From Eubacteriales bacterium (lineage in GTDB: Bacteria; Bacillota; Clostridia; Oscillospirales; CAG-272), in contig JAZQGR010000041.1 in NCBI GenBank assembly GCA_045540115.1, positions 36,638-100,637 on the forward strand: 64,000 nt of DNA. The letters are read 5' to 3'. A program made the position numbers and the translations under genes. Shown here one piece after another: positions 47,104 through 57,069 of this stretch. The notes under the pieces are model-generated. The model ran no database searches. It was not told the DNA's origin and saw only the letters and a list, made by a program, of their open reading frames with translations. The first letter of the stretch is position 1. Each line of letters starts with the position of its first letter.

Positions 47104-47893
47104 GATATCTTTCCAATTCTCTAATTGTTCCTTTATTGTGGATTCTCCAGCTATTATTGAATCACATATATTTGAAAAGTTTCTTTTGTTTGCTGAATTT
47201 ATAAAAGCAATTGACCATGAAAGTCAAAGTATAGTGATTTGCGTAAACGAAAATGATATAAACATTTATAACAATAAAACAAGAAGAAATCACATCATTA
47301 GATGTGATTCTCATTACGATGTATTTAAAAAGATTATTAATTTGATACGCGAGAATACGATAGTCAACGGTGATGTTTGTGTATTACATGCGTCTTTTAT
47401 AAAAATGTTTAATAACGGTATTCTATTATTAGGGGAGAGTGGTGCTGGCAAGTCGACTTTATCAGCATATCTTCATCTGATGACAGGATGTGAATGTTAT
47501 ACAGATGATATAGCATTTATGAATTATAATACGAAGGTAACTCAAGGCGTGTCGCAATATATTAATTTGAGGTCGTCTTCACTGGATTTGTTACCCGCAA
47601 ACCATAATGCGGTTTATGATGATTTTATTGAACGATATAAAATCATCATAAACAATCGTTCTAAAGAAAAGGTGGATTATATCGTTATGTTGAATCGGCA
47701 AAACGATTCAGAGGTTGGAATAAAACCAATTGAAAACCCTATAAAAGTGTTGACACAAAATATGTATTTACCATATTCATTAAAGAATAATATTATTGCT
47801 GCCAATAAATTAGCAGCTCAAAGCAACGTATATGAAATGTGTTATTCAGATTTGTTTTCTGCATATAATCTTTTGAGCGAATTAGAAGGTTGA
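47096..47893 (+). CDS. HPr-kinase-like P-loop protein
   Basis: LLLGESGAGKSTLSAYL Walker A; overlaps the PqqD gene stop. Confidence 0.65.
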   Translation: MIRISFQFSNCSFIVDSPAIIESHIFEKFLLFAEFIKAIDHESQSIVICVNENDINIYNNKTRRNHIIRCDSHYDVFKKIINLIRENTIVNGDVCVLHASFIKMFNNGILLLGESGAGKSTLSAYLHLMTGCECYTDDIAFMNYNTKVTQGVSQYINLRSSSLDLLPANHNAVYDDFIERYKIIINNRSKEKVDYIVMLNRQNDSEVGIKPIENPIKVLTQNMYLPYSLKNNIIAANKLAAQSNVYEMCYSDLFSAYNLLSELEG

Positions 47894-48390
47894 TGCACAT
47901 GTTATTTTTATGGATGCTCTTGTTGATTATTATTGTATTTTAAAAATACCTTTATTTGATTATTAAGAGATTTCATCTTCTAAGAAAAATAGGTAAACTA
48001 ATCTTGAATTCTGCGCCAAAATCAATCAGCAAAGCAGATGACGCAACACTTACAGCGCTCTATAACAACGACGATTTAATTCCCGTTGTCAAAGTGTGTG
48101 GATTAAAATGGTTTGTTGAAAATGTTTTTGAGCAAGAGGAGAGATAAGATTGGTAATGAAATACATAAGGTAAATGTTAAATGCCCACAAGCAGAAAATT
48201 ATTTGCAAAATCTTCTTTTCTTTGTGCAGATCAAGGAATATAAGCTATTGATCAAATAAATGTTTTTATGACAAAAGAAAAAAAGAGTTATTGCGGTGTT
48301 GTGAATAACAACTCTTTTTACGCAACAAAACAATGTTTACAAATTGAATTAAAGTGGTAACTACGCTCTTTGTAATTCCACATATTTCCT

Positions 48391-48644
48391 CCTTAACCAT
48401 TGCGGAAAGGAGGTAATATTATGATAAAAACGCAACATTTTGGTTGAATGGTGCTGGAACACACAGCGAGGCTTTGGACTTAAGAATCGAAAAATCTGCT
48501 GAGCTTTGTGGAATGAGTTACAAAGGACTGGAAAAGATCAAGCTTTGCGATTCAAATCTAAAGTTGTCGAGTGTTTTGAATATTTCGGATGCTCTTGGTG
48601 TCAATCTTGAAGAACTCAATGCTTGTATTCCTGTTTTTAAGTAA
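48391..48644 (+). CDS. XRE-family HTH regulator, apparently frameshifted or TTG-initiated, with an RBS-sequestering hairpin
   Basis: LRIEKSAELCGMSYKGLEKIKLCDSNLKLSSVLNISDALGVNLEEL is a full HTH_3 domain. The AAGGAGG RBS (48411-17) serves the ATG at 48421, which opens an 8-codon frame (MIKTQHFG*) that is +1 relative to the HTH frame. CCTCCTT at 48391-97 can pair with the RBS. Confidence 0.4.
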
Positions 48645-48898
48645 ACGACTGTGGAACGGAGTCCTTAAGAAAGGGGGAGCTTCAAATAGAACACAAGTAC
48701 ATAGTTGTTTCGAGTGCGTACAAGAACTGAGATATCACAATAATTGGTTTCGAAATCATCGCTGTAGAAGAATATGACGGAGTTCCCACTTTTTAAATTC
48801 ATATCAAATCGTTCTTCGAACATCTAACTGTTTGAACGCTTATTTAAGTGATTTGATGATCGTTTAATACAAGACGTTTTTTCTTCTTCACAGATGGT

Positions 48899-50545
48899 CT
48901 ACACGTAATTGTTGTTCAGATTTTCATTGACTTTATATCCACCTCCGAATATTATATCAATCTTCCCGTCTTTGTAAACTTTGATGCACTCAACCATCTG
49001 TCTTACAATCGTGTCATCGTATACATCTCTATTCATCTCCCTTTGGCCGATCGTGTTTTGAATACTCTTTAAGCGCTCCGCATAGGATTCGTCTTTCGCT
49101 TCGCTTTCGCGGATTGTTTCAATTCTTCGTTTGAGCTGTTCTGTTTCATCTGAGATAGCCTTGAACTCATCCTCATGACTTTCGATGTCTTCTCCGTTCT
49201 GAACGCTCTCATTGACAAGGTAGATCATTCGTTTATTCAGTGCATCGATTCTTCGTTCTAGCAAGTCGATCTCGTCGGAGCCACCGTTAAGCCCTATCGC
49301 ATCGCCGATAGTCGCCTTCATAAGTGTGAGGTATGTTGCTCGGTCATCATCGTTGAATCGGTTTAACGCTCTGACGATTGCTTGTTTCAAAACACCTTCT
49401 TCTACAGTTGGTGAGTCGGTACAATACTTTGTGCCATAGTCAAGTCGACTGATGCATCGCCATACGATTTTCTTTTGACCATTTCTAGACCACGTCACTC
49501 GTTTGTATCGACTTCCGCATTCTCCGCATATCATCACATCAGTTAATGCGTATTTGGAATACTTTCCCGTGGCAGTTAAAGCATTCTTTGTAGATTTTGG
49601 TGCAAGCGCATTTCGTCTGCTCAGTTCTTCTTGGGTTCTATTGAACTTTTCTCGGCTGATGATAGCGGGGTGATTATTTTCTACGAGGTACATCGGAGCT
49701 TCACCCTCATTGATTTTGCGTTCTTTTGTAATACAGCTTACCGTGACGGTCTTCTGCAGAATACAGTCACCGCAGTATTTTTCATTTCGCAGAATGTTTT
49801 GTACCATTCTCTTGGTGAATTTAAACTCCTTGTTCGGGAAGGTTATATTTTCAGATTGCAATATTGAGGAGATGTCTCGCATTGGCATACCGGCAAGAAA
49901 CATATCAAAGATCCGCTCTACCACGGCTGCTTCCTCGGGAACTATTTCGGGTTCTCCGTCGGCTCCTTTTTTATATCCGAGCAGTTGGCTGTACCTGAAT
50001 GACACTTTTCCTTCTTCGAAGTTTTTTCGGAAGCTCCATGTTATGTTTTTACTCATACTTTCAGATTCCGACTGTGCGAAACCTGCGTATATGACAAGGT
50101 AGAGTTCACTATCGCTCTTGAGCGTATCGATGTTTTGTTCTTCGAAGTAAATTCCAATTCCTCTTGCTTTCAGCATTCTAACATATTCAAGGCATTCTAC
50201 GGTGTTTCGAGCGAAGCGTGATACCGACTTCGTGATGATGATGTCGATCTTACCCGCGAGGCAGTCTTTTATCATCTGCTTGAATTGAGGACGCTTATCT
50301 GCTCGTGTGCCTGAAATACCTTCATCGGCGTACAGACCTGCAAATTCCCATTCGGGATTTTTGGCAATCATTTCTGTGTACACTTTTTTCTGTGTTGTAT
50401 AAGAAGTGAGCTGCTCATCGCTGTCAGTGGACACTCGGCAGTAAGCTGCGACTCGTTTTTGATGGTGCTTTTCCTTGTCTACGATCAAGCTTTTCTTTGG
50501 TTCTATGATCGTTATTGTTTTCTTTGGGATTTTCCTAACATTCAA
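48899..50545 (-). CDS. Large serine recombinase (third of the tandem set)
   Basis: Resolvase catalytic N-domain (AAYCRVSTDSDEQLTSYTTQ...SVSRFARN), recombinase domain, zinc-ribbon (CGECGSRY...C) and coiled-coil. Confidence 0.85.
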   Translation of the reverse strand: MNVRKIPKKTITIIEPKKSLIVDKEKHHQKRVAAYCRVSTDSDEQLTSYTTQKKVYTEMIAKNPEWEFAGLYADEGISGTRADKRPQFKQMIKDCLAGKIDIIITKSVSRFARNTVECLEYVRMLKARGIGIYFEEQNIDTLKSDSELYLVIYAGFAQSESESMSKNITWSFRKNFEEGKVSFRYSQLLGYKKGADGEPEIVPEEAAVVERIFDMFLAGMPMRDISSILQSENITFPNKEFKFTKRMVQNILRNEKYCGDCILQKTVTVSCITKERKINEGEAPMYLVENNHPAIISREKFNRTQEELSRRNALAPKSTKNALTATGKYSKYALTDVMICGECGSRYKRVTWSRNGQKKIVWRCISRLDYGTKYCTDSPTVEEGVLKQAIVRALNRFNDDDRATYLTLMKATIGDAIGLNGGSDEIDLLERRIDALNKRMIYLVNESVQNGEDIESHEDEFKAISDETEQLKRRIETIRESEAKDESYAERLKSIQNTIGQREMNRDVYDDTIVRQMVECIKVYKDGKIDIIFGGGYKVNENLNNNYV

Positions 50546-51413
50546 GGCCGTATTCTCCTTCCTCTACATCGGTTTCTGTCTTAGTATGTAGCGTAACTTT
50601 TCCTGAACTGTCAAGGCTTACGTAGGCAATGAGATCCGAGAAGTATTCGCTGTTAAACGTGCTTTGAGGTTCCATTAGCATCGCTCTTTTCCTTGCGATT
50701 TGAGCGACAATCATTTGCTTGGCTTGAGTTTCCTTATAGAGCTGTGTTGCAATGTCTCCTGTGCGGGCAACTACATATTCCTCGCTCGGTCGCTCTCTGC
50801 TCAGTTCAGTAAGGATATCCGCTTGATACTTTTCTACTGTTGGGGAGTCTTGAAATTTGAGCTTAGGCTTGGGTAGCATAAATTCTGAATTTGCTATGAT
50901 CCGATTCATAATGATCGTTATCTTTTGAATCAGATCCGTGTCGCTGATTCGAGTTCTTCTTCCACATTCGTCGTTGGTGCAAATCCAGCTTTCTTTGATT
51001 CGATTCTTCGAGCATATGCGTCTGACCATCTGCGAACCGCAGGTTGCGCATTTTACTCGATTACGGAGAAGATTGAGTGCTTCGCATTCACGCTCTACAA
51101 CTCCGCGTTGTCTTGCAATCTTTGCGTTTACCGCTTCTTCATATGTCTCTTCATCGATTATCGGATCGTAATCATCAAATCCTGTGTATTTGGCATTGTC
51201 GATGATTCTTGCTATTCTCGCTTTATCCCACACAGATTTTTTCTCCGTATATGGTATACACCTTGCTGTCAGATCTTCAGCAATCTCTTTGAGCGAAGAT
51301 CCGTTGATGTAGTCATTAAAAATCTGTCTTATTACATCAGCTTCTGTGTGTTCGATTACAGTCCGTCCGTCTCGAATGGTGTATCCATATGGAATAAAGC
51401 GAGTCTTTTTCAT
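50535..51413 (-). CDS. Recombinase-domain protein lacking the resolvase catalytic domain (zinc-ribbon plus recombinase domain only)
   Basis: The 292-aa product has no S-nucleophile resolvase N-domain but has a recombinase-domain-like region and a Cys4 ribbon (CATCGSQMVRRIC...CTNDECG). Confidence 0.6.
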   Translation of the reverse strand: MKKTRFIPYGYTIRDGRTVIEHTEADVIRQIFNDYINGSSLKEIAEDLTARCIPYTEKKSVWDKARIARIIDNAKYTGFDDYDPIIDEETYEEAVNAKIARQRGVVERECEALNLLRNRVKCATCGSQMVRRICSKNRIKESWICTNDECGRRTRISDTDLIQKITIIMNRIIANSEFMLPKPKLKFQDSPTVEKYQADILTELSRERPSEEYVVARTGDIATQLYKETQAKQMIVAQIARKRAMLMEPQSTFNSEYFSDLIAYVSLDSSGKVTLHTKTETDVEEGEYGLEC

Positions 51414-51422
51414 TTTCTTCTC

Positions 51423-52967
51423 CTAAATCAGCTCTGTGAATTTCAGCCCACCGATGAGGGTTATAGTCATCTCATCTTTTTTATTGATTGTCATATCCAC
51501 CACAGTATCAAAGAACAGTTTTTCGTCGAACTCTTCAAGGGGTTCTTCGATTTCATCAAGCAAGGCTTGTAGTTTTTTTACTTCCGTCAACATATCGGTT
51601 ATTCTATTCTCGAAGCTGTCTTGGCGGTCAACCTTCAGCACGGACAGTTGATTTCGTAGTTCTCTTGCTTGTGCTTGATAAACATCTGATGTAAGGTATC
51701 CCTTCGAATGCAGTTGATCGAGCATCATGAGTTTCGAGTTTATCTCAGCTATACCTTGGCTGATTTCTCGTGCAGTCTGATTGTTCTTCTTATGTATCAA
51801 GCTTGCCATTTCGAGCTTGGATATTACTTGGCTGAGTATTCTTTCTTCGCCGAATCTAAGCTTGTTAATCATCGTAAGGAAGCCATCGTAGATTCGTTCT
51901 TCGCTGTAATAGAAGGAGTCGCAAGCAGTTCTGTCCTCGTTGTGTCTACTACAAAGCCATTTAATTTGTCCTGAGCGGACTTTTCTTCGGAAGAACGCTC
52001 CGCATTCAGCACACCGTATTTTGCTTGTGAGGGGGTAAACATTCAAGCCAACAGGCGCTTTGCTGTACTGGCTCTTTCGTTTATCAAGTAGGGCTTGGGC
52101 TTTCTCGAAGGTTTCTCGATCAATGAAGGCATCGTGAGTTCCGGATGCGTAATACATATCCTCGTCACCACGATTCTTCATTTGCTTGAATGGAACCGTT
52201 GTAGATCGGAAGGTCTTTTGATATTTACAATCCCCAACATATCGCTCATTTGAGAGCATATATGCAATCTTTGTCGATCTCCATTTTTCCTTTCCGTTTT
52301 TGGTAGGGATTTTTTTCTCGGTAAGTTCGCGTGCTATCTCGCTTGTAGAGCATCCCGACAGATACATCTGAAAAATCATTCGGACAATTTCTGCTTCGGG
52401 TTCGTATACTGAGAGTCTTTTATCTATCAGTCTAAAACCGTAGGGAGCGTTGCTATCGACGTAGTCACCGCTTTCCATACGCTTAGTTATCGACATTCTT
52501 ATGTGTTGCGAAATCGCTTGAGACTCTTCCTGGGCTATTGCCGAGAAAGTATTAAGAAGCATTTCGTCGCCGATTGATAAGGTGTTGATGCCCTCTTTTT
52601 CAAATATGACGCCGACACCTAAACTTTTCAGCTTTCTTACATATTCAAGCGATTCCTTAACATTTCGAGCGAATCTTGACATTGATTTCACTATTATCAG
52701 ATCAATCTCTCTTCGCTCGCACATTCTCATCATTCTTTGAAACTCGGGGCGGGTTTGGGATTGTGTTCCACTGATACCCTCATCAGCGAATATGTCGACA
52801 AGTTCCCACTCGGGTTTCTGTTTTATCATCTTCTGATATACGCGTATCTGCGTAGCATAGGATGATTTTTGGTCTGCATAGTTTGTGGAGACACGGCAAT
52901 AGGCTGCCACTCTCTTCTTTTGAATGCCTTGTTTGGTGATCGGTGAGATCAGCTTAACCTGTGCCAT
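51423..52967 (-). CDS. Large serine recombinase (first of the tandem set)
   Basis: AAYCRVSTNYADQKSSYATQ catalytic region, KSMSRFARN, zinc-ribbon, coiled-coil. Start at MAQVK with an AAAGGAG RBS. Confidence 0.85.
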   Translation of the reverse strand: MAQVKLISPITKQGIQKKRVAAYCRVSTNYADQKSSYATQIRVYQKMIKQKPEWELVDIFADEGISGTQSQTRPEFQRMMRMCERREIDLIIVKSMSRFARNVKESLEYVRKLKSLGVGVIFEKEGINTLSIGDEMLLNTFSAIAQEESQAISQHIRMSITKRMESGDYVDSNAPYGFRLIDKRLSVYEPEAEIVRMIFQMYLSGCSTSEIARELTEKKIPTKNGKEKWRSTKIAYMLSNERYVGDCKYQKTFRSTTVPFKQMKNRGDEDMYYASGTHDAFIDRETFEKAQALLDKRKSQYSKAPVGLNVYPLTSKIRCAECGAFFRRKVRSGQIKWLCSRHNEDRTACDSFYYSEERIYDGFLTMINKLRFGEERILSQVISKLEMASLIHKKNNQTAREISQGIAEINSKLMMLDQLHSKGYLTSDVYQAQARELRNQLSVLKVDRQDSFENRITDMLTEVKKLQALLDEIEEPLEEFDEKLFFDTVVDMTINKKDEMTITLIGGLKFTELI

Positions 52968-53125
52968 GAGTACTCCTTTCGTTAGCATAGTGATCGGTCA
53001 ATACAAATACTCTTTGATTTGACCTTATTCCAACACAATTATATTGAAGAAGCGTTGGAAGTCCAGCGAGAATCGCCATCAATTTCGATGTTTTTGAAAA
53101 ATTTCAAATACAGACATAACTTGCT

Positions 53126-53284
53126 TTATTCCACGACAACAATGTCTGCTCCGGTAAGGTTTTGATAGTACTTTTTAGCTCTTGCATATTCTTTCTGTGT
53201 TATTATGCCATCTGCAAGTAAGCTCCGCAGTACAGATACGATTCGAAGGAAATTGGCGGATTTAGTTTGTTTTTCTGCTATCAT
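53126..53284 (-). CDS. Small 52-aa protein upstream of the recombinases
   Basis: Hand-translated MIAEKQTKSANFLRIVSVLRSLLADGIITQKEYARAKKYYQNLTGADIVVVE, with a perfect GGAGGAAC RBS. Below the ORF-track cutoff. Confidence 0.4.
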   Translation of the reverse strand: MIAEKQTKSANFLRIVSVLRSLLADGIITQKEYARAKKYYQNLTGADIVVVE

Positions 53285-53331
53285 AGTTCCTCCTTTGGCG
53301 GGACTCTCTTACGAGAGCCCCGCACTCGTTT

Positions 53332-55572
53332 TTATTCAAAATAACTCTTGTCTTTAATTGCCTTGACGAATCTCTCCACTTCGTCAATGCTTTCGATCAC
53401 GGGATATTTGCGAAGTGTGTGCTTTACATTACCTGCATAGCTGCCATAGGTTGCTCTGCAATCCAAAATTGCAAGAATGCCTGTGTCCGTTTCACAACGC
53501 ACCAAACGTCCGACGCCTTGGCGAAGCTTTATCAGCATCTCGGGAACTGCATATTTATGGATGAATTCTTCCACGCTTGCACTATTTGCTTTTTTCTCGT
53601 TCATCGTTGCTGTGCGTAAGGGAAAAGGCAAACGAACAATAATCACGGAAGATAGGCAGTCGCCAACACAATCTACGCCCTCCCACATACTTCCTGATGC
53701 GAACAGAACTCCGTTCTTGCTCTTCTTGAACTCTGAAATAGCTGTTCTATCACTTTTTGTCATACGGATCACGTTGTATTTGCTAAGACGCTTTCTGGTC
53801 AGTTCATAAACCTTAGAGAGGAGCTTATATGAAGTAAAAAGGATTGCGGTGTGTCCGTTTGTAGCATTCACAAGGTCGACAATTCTGTCTGCTACAGCCT
53901 TGACATAGAAATCGTTATCATTGTCAGGAGCCGGAAGATCGCCGGGAAGATATAACCTCGTGTGATTTTTATAGTCAAAAGGGGATGGATTGGAGTATTC
54001 AATCATTTCATCATTGGCAATGCGATCCAATCCGTTTTCTTGCTTAAAAAAATCGAAGTTCACTCCATCGCTCATCGTTCCTGATGTGAATACGTGGCTG
54101 CGCTTCAGGCGCCATACATTCTTTCTCAAGGAATTACCGATATTTTTTGAGCAACAGCACAATGTAATCTCTCCGTTGTCTTCAGTTTCAAGCCATACGT
54201 TCAGATCGCTGTCCTCAATAAAACAGCGTAGGCAGTTGCGGATTCTGTTTCCGTTAACTTCGCTCATTCCTTTGATGTCCTTCTTGATCTCTTCAAGATC
54301 TGTAATGGCATCAAGTAACGCATCAATGAAGCTCTTGCACTCAATATCAAGGGTAATGATGTTATTCTCACCTGAGTCATCCTCGACGGGAATCATCGAG
54401 CGGAGTCTGAAAAACAGTTCTTTATTCAGTCTTTTTATTTCCGTTCTTATCTGACGGTACAACGGCAGCATTTCCGTGCTGATACAGTGCGTGCTTGTCC
54501 AGTTGAGATATTTTTTAATTGTTCCTTCGCTGAATCTTTCTCCGAACACCGACTGAGCAGCTTCCTTCAGTTTGTGGGCTTCATCGACAATGACAAAGGA
54601 GCTTTCGCGAAGTAACCCGCCTTGTCTTGCGGATGTTAAATAGAGGTTGTGGTTAGTAACCTGAAAATCAAGGGGGACGGATGCAGACATCGCATTTCTT
54701 GTAAATAACTTATACCTGCAGTTTGCTGAATGATTACATTCAGTGCAATGACCTTTGACACAGATCTTACTTTTGATGCGCCCCTGAATTGCGATCTTAT
54801 CGAGATCAAAGGCACGGTCTTCGAAGTGCGATTCATCAAAATAATAGAGGAGTTCGCCGTGTTTTTGAGGATTCGCTCTGAGTTTATTCACATAGTCATC
54901 AAATCGAAAAGGACAAAAGTAATGTTCTTTACCTTTTCGAAGCACCGCCGTTATCGGTCTTTTCGCAATATGGCTCTCCAGGAGTATTCGGGAAAGACGA
55001 GGAATCTCTTTATCAATTAATGCATTTTGCAACTCAATGCTTGATGTTGAGACAGTTACAGGCTCATTAGAACCTGTTTGCATTTTTGCGCAAAAACCGG
55101 CAACGAGATAAGCCAGACTTTTTCCGGTTCCAACCTCTGCTTCGCAGATAGCTGCTTTCTTATGAAGAAGTCCGTTATACATTTTCTTGCAGAGTTGAAT
55201 CTGCTCTTCTCTTACGGCAAAACCATGTTGGGGAAGCACTTCGCGGAATATCTTTTCAATAAGATCAACGGGCGGCTTTTGATATCCGTAAACAAAACGC
55301 TTATCGCCGTTGTACTTGATTGAATACAGAATCTGAGGAATCATTTCTTCGTATTCATAGGATGGAATTTCACCGTGTTTTGTAGAACAAATTTCAGAAG
55401 ATAATCCGGTTTTAATGTCCAATGCTATGTAAACGATTTCATTTCTCATCGGTGCATGATAAATAAGGTATCTGTTCTCAAAAGTAAAATCGTAAACGGC
55501 ATTGGGGTATGCCATTCGTTCGCTCATATAATAGTCTAGAGCGTCTTCGTTGTTTCTTGTAATTTCGTACAT
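53332..55572 (-). CDS. DinG/Rad3-like superfamily-2 helicase (DEAH box, Fe-S Cys cluster)
   Basis: Walker A AEVGTGKSLAYL, DEAH box VIVDEAHKL, Cys cluster CPF...C..C...C between the motifs. Start at MYEIT (GGAAAGGAAACC RBS) rather than the track's longer start. Confidence 0.75.
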   Translation of the reverse strand: MYEITRNNEDALDYYMSERMAYPNAVYDFTFENRYLIYHAPMRNEIVYIALDIKTGLSSEICSTKHGEIPSYEYEEMIPQILYSIKYNGDKRFVYGYQKPPVDLIEKIFREVLPQHGFAVREEQIQLCKKMYNGLLHKKAAICEAEVGTGKSLAYLVAGFCAKMQTGSNEPVTVSTSSIELQNALIDKEIPRLSRILLESHIAKRPITAVLRKGKEHYFCPFRFDDYVNKLRANPQKHGELLYYFDESHFEDRAFDLDKIAIQGRIKSKICVKGHCTECNHSANCRYKLFTRNAMSASVPLDFQVTNHNLYLTSARQGGLLRESSFVIVDEAHKLKEAAQSVFGERFSEGTIKKYLNWTSTHCISTEMLPLYRQIRTEIKRLNKELFFRLRSMIPVEDDSGENNIITLDIECKSFIDALLDAITDLEEIKKDIKGMSEVNGNRIRNCLRCFIEDSDLNVWLETEDNGEITLCCCSKNIGNSLRKNVWRLKRSHVFTSGTMSDGVNFDFFKQENGLDRIANDEMIEYSNPSPFDYKNHTRLYLPGDLPAPDNDNDFYVKAVADRIVDLVNATNGHTAILFTSYKLLSKVYELTRKRLSKYNVIRMTKSDRTAISEFKKSKNGVLFASGSMWEGVDCVGDCLSSVIIVRLPFPLRTATMNEKKANSASVEEFIHKYAVPEMLIKLRQGVGRLVRCETDTGILAILDCRATYGSYAGNVKHTLRKYPVIESIDEVERFVKAIKDKSYFE

Positions 55573-56133
55573 TTTGGTTTCCTTTCCGTTTGGCAGAAGA
55601 ATGGTATGCAGAAGAAGCAGTAACTTCTTCTGCACAGTAGTTCCGCTGCCAAACATAAAAAATCATGTTCAGAATTGGAGGATCATCGTATTTATTACAG
55701 CCCCCGACGATCCGCAAGGTGCTAAGAGGCTGTCAATTTTTCCTCTGCACAATTTGTAGGGGAGGTTCGGAGTACCTTGCAGCATGCATGTCATGACTTC
55801 TTTCATGACAACAAGGATCATATATGGCGTAGAGGCATTTTCAGCACGAGACGACCATATCACGCCCACCGGCGAGCCGCTGTTAACGGAAGTCTCATTA
55901 TTCACCACTCGGGGTTATGGCCTACGAAGCAATGCTGTTTACTGCTCCGCCCTCCCAAAGTTTATCGCTCGCTCCCGTAAGAGGTCCTGGCGCCTTTGTT
56001 TGGCGGCTTTCCTTTCGGCCCGAATGGGTTCTTCCTCGGAATCCCATCTATTCAATTGTCAAACGAGGCCACAATTTCTTTTTTGCCCCTCACTCTGTAT
56101 TCCACAATTATTTTCGATTTAACAACCAAAAGA

Positions 56134-56688
56134 TCAAAAAAATTTTTTAAGCTCATTCAGAATAGTACGTTTGCGTTTGTGTACCGCCTGTTGTGTTATC
56201 TTTAGCTGTGCTGCGTATTCGCTCTCCGTTAAAGGCTTGTCCTGCAAAAACAAAGCGCATATTAATGCGTATTCGTCCTCCGTAAGTGAGTTAAGTGCTC
56301 TGCGGAGTATTTCCAAATCAATCTGATGGAACACCTCTTCTTCAACATTAACATCCTCATCCGCAAGTGATTCTCCGGGGTATTCTTCATCTTCGCATTC
56401 CGCGCTACTCATAGATATTACGGCGTACGGATTTGCTTTGCTATTATCTGCTATGTACTGTTCACGGCGTTCATAGGTGCGAAACGCTTTCATATTATCG
56501 GTATGAACTTCTATGTTGATTTCATCCTCTTCGCCTTCGGCGTTAACAAGCTTCATGAAGCGGCGATCCCTACCTTGAGGCGACATCAAAAATTTGTATG
56601 CTGCTCTGCCTTCTAACTTTGCATATCTGCGGGATCCGTCCGCAGATGTATGTTTTCCGTTTTTATCTTCAATGTAATAAGTTTTCAT
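56134..56688 (-). CDS. Sigma-70 region-4 domain protein (typical of Clostridial integrative elements)
   Basis: C-terminal region-4 HTH (LTEDEYALICALFLQDKPLTESEYAAQLKITQQAVHKRKRTILNELKK). AAAGGAG RBS. Confidence 0.7.
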   Translation of the reverse strand: MKTYYIEDKNGKHTSADGSRRYAKLEGRAAYKFLMSPQGRDRRFMKLVNAEGEEDEINIEVHTDNMKAFRTYERREQYIADNSKANPYAVISMSSAECEDEEYPGESLADEDVNVEEEVFHQIDLEILRRALNSLTEDEYALICALFLQDKPLTESEYAAQLKITQQAVHKRKRTILNELKKFF

Positions 56689-56785
56689 TATTGTGATCTC
56701 CTTTCGATTTTTTGAATATGATTGGTTCTAATTCAAAAATCGGAGATCACGGATACTTAGCTACGTAGCAAAGCCAACTCATAAA

Positions 56786-56876
56786 CATAAAAAATCCTTT
56801 CTGCTTTTTAGACAGAAAGGATATAGCAAAAAAGGCATGACAACACAGCTTAAAAGCTGTTTGTCATGCCCTGCCG
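56786..56876 (-). terminator. Two tandem intrinsic terminators ending the cluster-3 operon
   Basis: On the minus strand: GGCATGACAAACAGCTTTTAAGCTGTGTTGTCATGCC followed by TTTTTTGC, and ATCCTTTCTGTCTAAAAAGCAGAAAGGAT followed by TTTTTTATG. Confidence 0.6.
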
Positions 56877-57069
56877 AACCAGAAACCATTCTCGACTTAC
56901 ACTGCGGTTCAAAGCTACCATCTAGTGGACAGATAATATGTGCGAATACGAGTAATAATATATAAAAGTTACTCGATTGTAGCTACTTATGCTTCGAAAA
57001 AATAAAATATTTTATAATATTATTCTAGATTTACAATATTCTCCACAAACTCAACAGTAATATTATTAA

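Noticed and set aside
47956-48147. 63-aa ORF after the cluster-2 kinase; considered as an extra precursor
   Set aside because: It starts with TTG, has no RBS, has only one Cys, and lies beyond an AT-rich terminator-like palindrome.
55700-56130. Possible SRP RNA or group II intron domain V (GGGCCGAAAGGAAAGCCGCC-like segment)
   Set aside because: The resemblance to SRP helix 8 or to domain V is partial and misses the conserved AGCA or AGC/GAAA features. A housekeeping RNA would also not be expected inside a mobile module.
55669-56150. Overlapping 67-112-aa ORFs on both strands between the helicase and sigma genes
   Set aside because: They overlap each other, have no RBS, and show no family resemblance. 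The region is treated as non-coding.
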